Of a stretch of 64,000 nucleotides of DNA, positions 52,301 through 61,458 are shown piece by piece (the stretch's first letter is position 1; each line of letters opens with the position of its first letter). Origin of the DNA: Phoronis australis (lineage: Eukaryota; Animalia; Phoronida); the NCBI GenBank assembly GCA_002633005.1, contig NMRA01000370.1, positions 1 through 64,000 of the forward strand, in the 5' to 3' direction. Under the pieces are notes generated by a model. That model had not been told where the DNA came from and made no database searches. It saw only the letters and a program-made list of their open reading frames with translations. Position numbers and translations under genes: made by a program.

Positions 52301-55300
52301 CTCCTGTGTTACGCAAGTTGCAGTAGTGAAGACGTTTGGAATGAATACTAGTTGACGCAAGTCTGGAATAATCTTATTGATGTGTTGGGTCCATGCACTG
52401 CAAAGTTATGTAGTGTGATTGTACAGCAATTAATATTTGTCCTGGGTCGGTTACAATAGTGAATAAGCTTGAGCCCACTCGCCCACAGCCTACGCGTGTA
52501 CACTTGCAAAGGTTCATTCATGAGGGAACAATTCATTGTAAGGCGGTGCCCTCTCACATTCTCTACAGTCTCGCTAACCTGATGTGTTTAGGCATTTGTC
52601 GCCATTTTTGTTTGTGTTCAACTAAGTTATTAAGGCGTGGTGAGCGAAAACTACAACTCTAGTTTTCGGTCAGAAACTATGAATAATTATGTCTAATCTG
52701 TTTTATTTTTTTACAATCACCATTTTGACATTTTCTTTTACTTGACATTAGAATCAACAATCTTGCAAGGTGTGCATAATGTTGGTGCATTTGACCCTGT
52801 GGATAATTGAATTTGACCTTCACTCAGACTGATAGATAGAACTAAATTTCACTGCGCAGCACCTTAAAGAGGTATCTGCATGCTCCTAACTATGCTAATG
52901 TATATAGCAGGAACTAAACGACAATGCTATTCGAACATCATCTACACTAAACTAAGTGTAGTTGTATTCATTGACAACTTGTAAATTTAATGTAAAAACA
53001 AAAAATTCATTCTGCAAATATGTGACCTTTGCACTGACGTACCTTGGGGGCTCACATAACCCGCATCATGCAGTCATATTTACCAACACCACGTCACGAT
53101 ACTTACTGGACACAGTTGAATGACTTACAGCGTATCATTTTTGACACAAAACTCGCTCTTTAAAATATTTGGCAATTTTCAACCTACTTCATATTCATCT
53201 TCGCTATATTTTGTGTTTCTAACTAATTTGACCAAGCAATCATGCAGATATGGGTTCTTGACATTTTGGGTCCCCATTTGGTGTCCGTTATGTCATTTTA
53301 GGGTACAAGAGATGGTTCATTCCCCTTTAAACTATCATTTGTGGATACAACCTGCATAGGTGGACCCCGGAGAGTTGGTACACCTCTGTTTACTTAGGGG
53401 TACCGTAACCAGTCTCAAACATAGCCGCAGCTTGTCTGCTTTTATTTACACATAGTCACATTTTACTCGGAAATACCTGTATTTTTGTAGGTGTACTCAT
53501 TCTTGTAGATGAAAAGCAAAAGTTTACTAGATGAGAATTCAATAATAAACTGTTCTGTGTCTTTCATTTTGTGTCAACCGCACATGTCGTCATGGTTTTG
53601 CAGAGCAGAGTCACTGTCTAACATCCTGAACTCTCGCGGCCTCCCGTCCACCTGCATTGCGGGGAGTCTAGACCAGAAGCAGCGACTGGAAGCCATGAGC
53701 AAGTTACGCAACTTTGAGTGCAGAGTGCTCATCTCAACTGATCTCGTAAGTGGGCCGTTGGAGCTATGCCAAACTCACCAACCAATCATTTCAATGACTC
53801 ATATTGCTGAATTGGGCTAGTCAGCTTCCGAGCATAATTGCAAAACATTAGCCTTGCTTTTGCGTGGTCTTCGGAGACCTTGCTTTTCTTGCAAGAAAAT
53901 TGTTCTACAAAATGCTCTCGGGTATGACTTGTGTTCTCCTGCTGGGCATCCGTTATCAATACTGTGTATGCGTTGAATGCTCTATGTCATTTGGTTGTTT
54001 AAGCAAAATTATGTTCACATGTAGATAGAAATTTCACCGAAAGGTCATTTTATGCAACGAAGTCTCGGAAAACCATTGTTTTTTCATATTTTGTGGTAGA
54101 ACATTGGTTTTATAGCACTGCAAGTTAAGTGTCATTTGGTCCATGGTTTTATGGTGTGTAATTAGGCTTTCACCAATTGCCTTAGTGGGAAGATACACCG
54201 CAGCTAAGTTGATTTATTCCAATTTGATATTACCAATTTCGTTGTGACCTAATGAGCATCGCACGAGTCATTAATTAAGGTTATAACCACATCAGATGCT
54301 TTTGTCCAACAATGTTCTGCGTCTCAACAGGTCGTAACTTGATTACCTTCTAGTGTGTGTAGGAACATTTTTCGCTACTAATTCTCCCAACTTTCTGTCC
54401 CACTATTAGCTTGTATCAAGTTTAGGCTAGTTTTTATAACTATATTAATCTGGCTTAAGTAATTCACTTACTCACTGCATGGTGGCGCCACTCTATACTC
54501 ATGTGTCAACAAGTGATGGGTTGCCAGTGTTTCCCACCATTCTGTGTATTTTAACACTTATTAAAGTAGACGTGAATTGCCTGTTTCTTCAGACGTCCCG
54601 AGGTATTGACGTGGACAAAATCAACCTAGTCATCAACCTGGACTTGCCTAAAGACCACGAAACTTATCTCCACCGAATTGGTCGTGCTGGGAGATTCGGT
54701 AAGACAGATATGATGTTGAATTGCGGATAACAGTGTACTGAATAAATTATTTGTTAATGCCAGTTGTCTTGTATAACAAGATGACTGTCATTATTCTTAA
54801 CTGTGTACCATCTTCATGTCCTTGTTTGTTACTTGCCTTCCCGCCTGCTTTTAATGGTAGCATTCTGTACACTGTGTGAGTTGAGCATTTTTCAATGTGT
54901 TGATAATCTTGTATCTTGATTGGTGGATTGTTGCGAACGTGGATTTGATCCTGCGTCACTGCATTGCAAGGACGTTCGGCGGAGTTTTTCCGTATAGACA
55001 TATTTTTAGGTTTTTGACAAAAATCATCTCTGGTTGGTCATATTTGTGCTTCACAAGTTGGCAGTAGATTAGCCCCATACATTTTGGAACTCTGTGAAAA
55101 TTGCCCAAAGTTTCTTTTAATTTTTTATTTAGTGCATCTGATCCTCTCATTTTCTTGTGTTCAAAATGGAATGGATTAATTTGACCTGTGAATAACTCGC
55201 TGATTGCAAATATTTAGTCGTACCCAATGTAGTTTTATTCAAATTCGCTCTTTTCTGTCAAACATTTTATATTTCTCAGGCTTGCTCACGGCAGTGAAAA

Positions 55301-56247
55301 TCACATCATTGCAGAATCGGTCATACATCAATTAGCCGCTGTTTCACATTTAATTAGAATGGCATGTCAGTTTTGTGTCGGTATGTTGCCAAGTGTTTGA
55401 CTATTGAATTTGGTTGTAAGGTAGACTTTGCTTAATATGCTCAATATTTTGAGTTGTACACATATGACTGCTGTAACGCTCAAGCCCAGGCTTTTTAGTT
55501 TTGGCGGCTATTGATGTCACTGCCATCACGTAACCAAGAGTTAGCATCCAGAATCCCAGATGAAGTTTGGCAAATAGGTGATGGATGGTAAAATGTTCAT
55601 TGAGCAAACATGAAGTTGGTGATCGTTATACCTTCCTTTTACCCTGAAATTTTTGGAGATGTGAGCAATGCTGCCAATTTATTTTCATTCAGAAATGGCC
55701 ATCGTATTCGTTTGTCTTAACACTCATGTTTGTCTGATCACCCATTCTTCGAATTACATTTTCATTTTGGAACAAATGTGTTTCTGTGCTCGGTTATATC
55801 CCGAGCTTTGAGTCGCTTATTCCAACTCCCTATTGCATTAAGGTAAAATCTCAACATTTTCACACAAAAGTAATCTCCAAAAATGTCCGTTTTCGTTTTT
55901 TCGTGACCTCTGTCATTGTTGTGAATGGCACGTAATTTCTGATTGCAGCTGTGGCATAACACTTAAAAATGAAAAGGCATTTATTTGGTGCTACTCGTAG
56001 CTTCTGAGAAAAATAATTTCAATTTTCATCTCTTGTCTGCTGTTTTATGTTATAAATTGGTGTCGTTTTACTGTACATCGAAATGGATGTTGTTTGTTTA
56101 CCTTGTCCGATTTTTTCGTGACCTTTGAACCATTTTTGTTGGCAGGAAGCTACGGCGTGGCCGTAACCTATGTTTGTCGTGGTAACGAAGAATTGGCACT
56201 TAGAACCATGGAGAAGGCGTGTAATACACACATTGACGCATTGCCAG
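46311..56247 (+). CDS. DDX20: DEAD-box RNA helicase DDX20 (Gemin3/DP103), exons 1-9; 3' part not found in the window
   Basis: GT-AG exons 46311-46521, 47923-48017, 48322-48490, 49148-49259, 50632-50774, 51097-51235, 53604-53745, 54593-54698, 56146-56247. Motifs [70 protein letters not shown]. The start could be ATG 46311 or 46320. Confidence 0.95.
46683..47100. mobile_element. Foldback/MITE with ~170-bp imperfect inverted arms in DDX20 intron 1
   Basis: AGTTCCCAATTTACTGCCAGTA...AATTGACGACAATGAGTGC mirrors GCACTGATTGTCGTCAATT...TACTGGCAGTAATTTGGGAACT. Confidence 0.7.
49307..49390 (+). mobile_element. Possible tRNA-derived SINE head relic
   Basis: A-box-like GGTTCAGCGG and B-box-like GGTTTAAATCC with tRNA-like spacing; preceded by a 46-bp diverged duplicate starting at the DDX20 exon 4 donor. 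Confidence 0.35.
50255..50370 (+). mobile_element. SINE central-domain relic (V-SINE-like)
   Basis: GACTAACCTCCCGTCCAGGGGGAG...TGCTACAGAAACTGG resembles the conserved core of invertebrate V-type SINEs, judged from recalled consensus only. Confidence 0.4.
51363..51580. mobile_element. Penelope-like element remnant: 74-bp inverted repeat carrying a minimal hammerhead-ribozyme core
   Basis: Arms 51363-51436 and 51507-51580. The right arm reads CTGATGA-T-GTCT-aatgaaa-AGAC-GAAAC-GTTG, the minimal hammerhead motif typical of Penelope pseudo-LTRs. Confidence 0.65.
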
Positions 56248-57597
56248 GTAAGAAATGAAGTGTTTGTGTGGCGCATTAGTGAGTGTAGTGGGCTCACAAA
56301 TGAAAAGTCGCGAGTTCTGTTCTGGGATATCCGCATCGTATGCATACCGTATTGCAAGAGAGTTATTATATAAAACTTTTCAACTTATTTGAGAATTGAT
56401 TGCTGCATTTCATTGGCTACTGTCAAATTCTTCCACCTTCTGCGTCACCTTGTTGTATGTGTTCTTCTCGAGGTAAATGGATGGAAACTGTGAATTGTGA
56501 ATGGGAGTCAGGTATTACTTTTCACTACTTGCATCAAGATCAACACAGGTCGCCTAGTATTTCATAAGGTTGAAAAAATTCGGCAATGAATCCAGAAGAG
56601 ATTTCGCAAGTGGTTATCTTGATCAATGTCGTCCTGTATGCCATTCGTCAAATTTAAAATAAGAGCAACGTTTGTTATTACGTTGCCAACACAGTTGACA
56701 AGGACAATTCATATGTTTATTTGTATTAAAGGCCTCTGGTGGTCCAAAATACAATAAACAAAAATTAAACAGGCACATTTGCACATGTAGTCAACCCATT
56801 TAAGAGTTGTTCTCTTCTTTTAAGGGCAGAATACAGATGTTTAGTAACAGAATGATATAATTATGTGGATTAGGTAGCAAGCATATACAGGATTCTTGAG
56901 TTGGACAACCTATACATGGAAAACATGTTGGTAACTCATTTTAAAATATCTAAGCATTGTCGCAACTACTATTAATAACTTTTACGGAAGGAGGGATTTT
57001 AGCTGCTTTAAACCAAGAAACCTACAAGTGAAATACCAGGCACCGTGAAAAATTAATTATTGTGCTCAAGGTTGGAGCTTGTCCCATATTCTAGAAATAG
57101 GCAATGTTAGTCGTCCCAAACTCAAGAATCACAGGAAAGAATGCAAAATTAACCACTCTGTACATTTAAAACATATTGTCCGTAATTTAAGAAATATGGT
57201 GAATGACAAAATTGCCTTTGACCCAAATTACTGAATGAAAAATATTCAATTTTTGCAGGGGTCTCCGCATCCCAAATTACAGAGACTGTCCCAAAGTGGT
57301 GAATTTGTACCATGCTTAAACTTTACTATTTTAGGCTAGATTTCAAATTTTTAAAAATTGATTTGTGTATTCAGACTGATAGAAGAGAGTGAAGTAGTAG
57401 ACCTCTTTACTTTGTGTTTGAAACAATGAATTTAGTTGGTTTAAATGGTAATTCTTGACTTATTTCGTACAGATATAATTGTCAAAATTTGTCATTTTGC
57501 TAGGGTTGATTGCCGTCATTTGCCCCCACTGATGATAACATACAGTGCAGACTAAGCTAACAAGAGATTAAAATTTCTCGATAATCTTAATTCTTGT

Positions 57598-58095
57598 TGG
57601 GAAATAATAATAATAAACTTTATTTAAAGAGGATAAAAATACGATAAATGTAAAACACGCTTTACTGTTCCACTGTTTAATGGTCTGAATAAATAAGGAC
57701 TTAGAATAAAACGATGTTCTGTGTCTGGGCAAAACCAAATTGTTTGAGGCAGAAAATCTTGTCCTAATCTGGTGGCTATTTCGAATAAGTACGAGATTAT
57801 GAGATAGATAAGTCGGTACATTACCATGAAAGCACCTATGCATCATACACAGACGCCTATATATAAAATATTTGTCAATAGGGAGCCACCCCAGTCTATT
57901 AGTTATATGAGTTGACTGAGTGTCAAAAGGCACTCCTAGAACAAGTCTGGCCGCCTGCTTTTGAGCCTTCAATAAAGAGGAAACTAATTTTGCATTGCAT
58001 CCTGACCACACTGTACTACAATAAACGAACAGAGGGAATACACAAGCGCTGAAATATTGCAGACGGCCTTCTGTGGGAAGAAATGGTGATATTCA
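57598..58095 (-). mobile_element. 5'-truncated LINE (L2/Crack/CR1 group): ORF2 C-terminus plus (TTA)n tail
   Basis: Translation ISPFLPTEGRLQYFSACVFPLFVYCSTVWSG...QKQAARLVLG...LGWLPI...P.YL...RTR...SL...IKQWNS, followed by AATAAA and TTTATTATTATTATT. Confidence 0.85.
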
Positions 58096-58155
58096 CGTCT
58101 GCCATTTTGGATGCTAGTCTTGTGTTACAATTCAAAATCTGAACACTTTCCTTGG

Positions 58156-61100
58156 TTACTGACTAGAGGAGGTGATGGGGTGATTTCCGCAAACATTTGT
58201 TTTCTGGTCCCTGCGGTCTGACAATGTCTCGCTGATGCTCTCTGGTGTTTTCCAGCCGCCATCTTTGTAACGACTTTGATATGGCCCAGGCCAAACTAGT
58301 GGCACCGATACCTGGCCCAGCCATGGCCTTACTATCAAACGTGAAAAGTTTATGTTGCAATCCACAGTTTCCAAGAAGTCCTTGTCTGCTCTGGCTGTGT
58401 CTACCAAACGTTCACCAATTCTCTCCTCAATTCCTAATATCTCGTGTGGATTTGATGATTCACTGGCTGTAATGGCGTCGATTTCCTCCTGCAGTTTCCT
58501 AAGACGTTCTGTGTGCGTTTCATTGATAGCTTTCATTCTGGAGAGACTTTTCTTTGCTTGTCCGTACTTCTCGTTGAATTCACTGCGTAGCCGTTTACCG
58601 GCCACTGCAACCTTTTTCTCCCACTCGCTGATTGACTGATCGATTTCATGGCGTATTCTAATGGCACTATTTTCTAACACGTTCTCTTTAATGTCTACTA
58701 TTTTCGCTGTAGCTTCACACAATTCCAGCACAGAGTTTACTATATCTAACGAGGATCGGAGTTCAAGTTTTACATCATCTCGGGCTGTATTCAAGCTCTT
58801 ATGCTTGTGGTTGGCATGGCTAATGTCTTTGCAGACTGGACATATCAGTGTCTTGCACTGCATACAATAGTCATCTTGCTGTTGGTAATGTTGTGTACAG
58901 TACAGCGGCCATTTTGGATTGATGTCTGTCTTCACAGCATCTGCAGTGTGACCTTCAAATATATCCTTGAGAGGCACTACCAGGTGATCATTGGTGAATT
59001 TTGTTAAGTTGTGGCATTTTGCACAATTGTCGCATAATAGGTCTCCGCATTGCAAACACTTGCTTTCAGCTATGACTGTTAGTGATTTACCGTGACTGCA
59101 GATGTCGCAGTTGAGATGTCTCCGTGTTTTGGTAACAGCCGATTCAAGCAGGAAATTGATGGGGTAGGTTTGCACACCGCCAATGGGCTTTTTTATGTGA
59201 CAGCAACAGATAGGACATTGAAACTGACCCCAACTTTTTAGTCCATTTCTTGATTGTCTTTTCGATTCATAAAAATGCCTAGCCATTGGACGGATTGTAG
59301 TCTTCTCGGTATGCGGAAATTTTTGGTTATTTTGTTTCGATTTTTTTTGAACAGCAGTAAACCTAAATAGAGAAGGGCTCTTGAGAGAGTCTTTGTGTGG
59401 AAGTAGCATTGCACTTGGCCCAAATGATAAGACTGGCTTTTTGTCTATATTTTCCAAAGTAAACTTGAAACCTTGTTGTGATGGCTCTCGAAGCAATGCT
59501 GGTGTTCCAAATGACAATCCTATTGTTGTTTTTGTTTTTGCATTTTCCTGCTTTGGAGTAGGTGCAAACATTGGTGATGTTCCGAATGACAGTCCTGTTG
59601 TTGCTGCTATTGTTTTTGTGTTTTCCTGCTTTGGACTATGTCTGGACACTGCTGGTGTTTCAAGTGATAATCCAGTTGTTGCTATTGTTTTTGCGTTTTC
59701 CTTCTTTGAAGCTGGTGCAAACTCTACTGATGTTAGAAATGTCAGTGCTGTTGGTTTTGTATTTTCCTGCTTTGGAATAGGTGCAAACATCGGTGCTGTT
59801 CTGAGTGACAATCCGGTTGTTGCAGTTGTTTTTACTTTTCCCTGCTTTGGATCAGGTGCAAGGACGGTTGGTGTTCTGGAATCGACGTCCACGGAGAAAA
59901 GCTTTGTAGCTGCTTCGATTTTCTCTGCCAGGATTTCATTGCGGCTTGGTTGAGGTGAAGAGTCTTTCACACCTGTGTTCTTGGAAGCATCGTTGATACT
60001 ATTGAGCTTCCCTTCCGTCTGTGATTTGTGTGTTTGAATTGGTGTTGGTGTTCCAAATGAAAATCCTCCCACTGCTGTGTTTGTTCCTGTTGTCACATTT
60101 CCCTGGTGTTGGTTATCCAGCAAGGTGTCTGACGAATTTATCATTTTTACATTTCCCTGCTTTATACCAATTTCAAACGCTGTTGGTGTTCCGAATGACA
60201 ATCCTGCTGTTGCTGTTATTTTTGTGTTTCCCTGCTTTGGAGTATGCCCAAATGCTGCTGGTCTTTCCAATGATAATCCTGTTGTTGCTGTTGTTTTTGC
60301 GTTTTCTTGCTTTGGAGCATGTCCAAACGCTGCTGGTGTTTCAAATGATGATCTTGTTGTTTTTATGTTTTCTTGCTCTGGAGTATGTCCAAATGCTGCT
60401 GATGTTACAAATGATAATCCCGTTGTTACTGTTGTTTTTGCTCTTTCCTGCTTTGGAGTGTTTCCAAACATTGCTGGTGTTTTAAATGATAATCCCGTTG
60501 TTACTGTTGTTTTTGGGATTTCCTGCTTTTGAGTATGTCTAAACATTGCTGATATTTCAAATGATGTTCCTATTGTTCTAGAATTTTGCTGCTTTGGTGT
60601 TCTAGAATTGACATCTGCAGAGAAATGTTTTGCTTCTGCTTCCACTTTCTCTGCCAGGATTTTATTGTGGCTTGGTGGAATTGAAGAATCTTTCTTACGT
60701 GCGTTGGAAGTATCGTTGATACTGGTTAGCTTCCCTTCCGTTTGTGGTTTGTGTGTTGGAATTGTTGCTGGTGCTCCTAATGACAATTCTGCCGCTGTTG
60801 TGTTTGTTACTGGTGATATATTTTCCTGCTTTTGGTTTTTCAGCTTATTAGAACTTACTGCTTTATTGTTCCTGTTTGAAATAGATGCAAATGATGGAGG
60901 GATTGCTCCAAATGAGGATCTTGTTGTTGCTGTTGTTGTTGCTAATGGTGTTGTTGTCATTCCTGTTAACTGTGCTTTGGTTGTTTTGTTTTTTTTCCTA
61001 TTGGTTGCTAATGCAAATCCTGGCCGAGTTGTTGTTGCTGTTGCATTGTTTATTGACGTTTTGCTGTCCTCTATTGCCTGTTCTTTCAAACTTTCACTTT

Positions 61101-61458
61101 GTCTGGAAGCAGAGTCGGGTTGTCTGTCTACCAGTGTGGTTGATAAGCTTCCATTTGTCGAGATTTTTTCTTTAAGTTGTTCTATGTTCATAGACATACA
61201 TGGCTTTCTGAACAATCTTGTTTCGTCAGTTTTCTGGCAGATTTTCTTGTTATCCTTGACGTTGTTTGAAGCTGGCTTACTAGATATGGCGATGAGTTCC
61301 GTCAAACAGGTAGTGCAGAACGAGTGAAGGCAGGGCAAAATTCGTGGTTCAGTGAAACGTTGGTGACAAAGTTTGCATGCCAAGATGTCATCGCCAATTT
61401 CTTCAAGCAGTGAACCAAGTTGCTTTCTTTCCATCTTGCTGGTCTGTAAAATCGTCAT
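58156..61458 (-). CDS. TRIM/RBCC protein (RING, B-box1, B-box2, coiled coil) with the RING split by a ~700-aa repeat insert; single 1100-codon ORF
   Basis: C28xxC31...PCLHSFCxxC51 (RING ligands 1-6); FQC748PIC751...GGV..YPINF (ligands 7-8 plus the usual post-RING motif); CDIC...CLQCGDLLCDNC...H...H (B-box1); CTQH...YCMQC..LICPVC....H..H (B-box2); heptad-rich helix. The true start may be M9 (61434), which follows an acceptor-like TTTTACAG. Confidence 0.9.
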   Translation of the reverse strand: MTILQTSKMERKQLGSLLEEIGDDILACKLCHQRFTEPRILPCLHSFCTTCLTELIAISSKPASNNVKDNKKICQKTDETRLFRKPCMSMNIEQLKEKISTNGSLSTTLVDRQPDSASRQSESLKEQAIEDSKTSINNATATTTRPGFALATNRKKNKTTKAQLTGMTTTPLATTTATTRSSFGAIPPSFASISNRNNKAVSSNKLKNQKQENISPVTNTTAAELSLGAPATIPTHKPQTEGKLTSINDTSNARKKDSSIPPSHNKILAEKVEAEAKHFSADVNSRTPKQQNSRTIGTSFEISAMFRHTQKQEIPKTTVTTGLSFKTPAMFGNTPKQERAKTTVTTGLSFVTSAAFGHTPEQENIKTTRSSFETPAAFGHAPKQENAKTTATTGLSLERPAAFGHTPKQGNTKITATAGLSFGTPTAFEIGIKQGNVKMINSSDTLLDNQHQGNVTTGTNTAVGGFSFGTPTPIQTHKSQTEGKLNSINDASKNTGVKDSSPQPSRNEILAEKIEAATKLFSVDVDSRTPTVLAPDPKQGKVKTTATTGLSLRTAPMFAPIPKQENTKPTALTFLTSVEFAPASKKENAKTIATTGLSLETPAVSRHSPKQENTKTIAATTGLSFGTSPMFAPTPKQENAKTKTTIGLSFGTPALLREPSQQGFKFTLENIDKKPVLSFGPSAMLLPHKDSLKSPSLFRFTAVQKKSKQNNQKFPHTEKTTIRPMARHFYESKRQSRNGLKSWGQFQCPICCCHIKKPIGGVQTYPINFLLESAVTKTRRHLNCDICSHGKSLTVIAESKCLQCGDLLCDNCAKCHNLTKFTNDHLVVPLKDIFEGHTADAVKTDINPKWPLYCTQHYQQQDDYCMQCKTLICPVCKDISHANHKHKSLNTARDDVKLELRSSLDIVNSVLELCEATAKIVDIKENVLENSAIRIRHEIDQSISEWEKKVAVAGKRLRSEFNEKYGQAKKSLSRMKAINETHTERLRKLQEEIDAITASESSNPHEILGIEERIGERLVDTARADKDFLETVDCNINFSRLIVRPWLGQVSVPLVWPGPYQSRYKDGGWKTPESISETLSDRRDQKTNVCGNHPITSSSQ
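59480..60570 (-). repeat. Coding tandem repeats (~75 nt / 25 aa) within the TRIM ORF
   Basis: Unit ~TTGLSFGTPAAFGHTPKQENAKTTA; ATGATAATCCCGTTGTTACTGTTGTTTTTG recurs at 60411 and 60486 (75-nt period). Confidence 0.85.

Noticed and set aside
59363-61280. TRIM insert as a removable intron using donor GTAAGC (61280) and acceptor CCCTTCTCTATTTAG (59363)
   Set aside because: This pair is phase-incompatible and would reach TAA at 59238 before the CPIC motif; the insert is open for ~2.1 kb. Other splice pairs cannot be excluded without RNA data.
59381-61327. Long hydrophobic + strand ORFs (190, 154, 151, 239 aa) as DDX20 exons or new genes
   Set aside because: They are antisense shadows of the repetitive TRIM ORF and show no DDX20 similarity.
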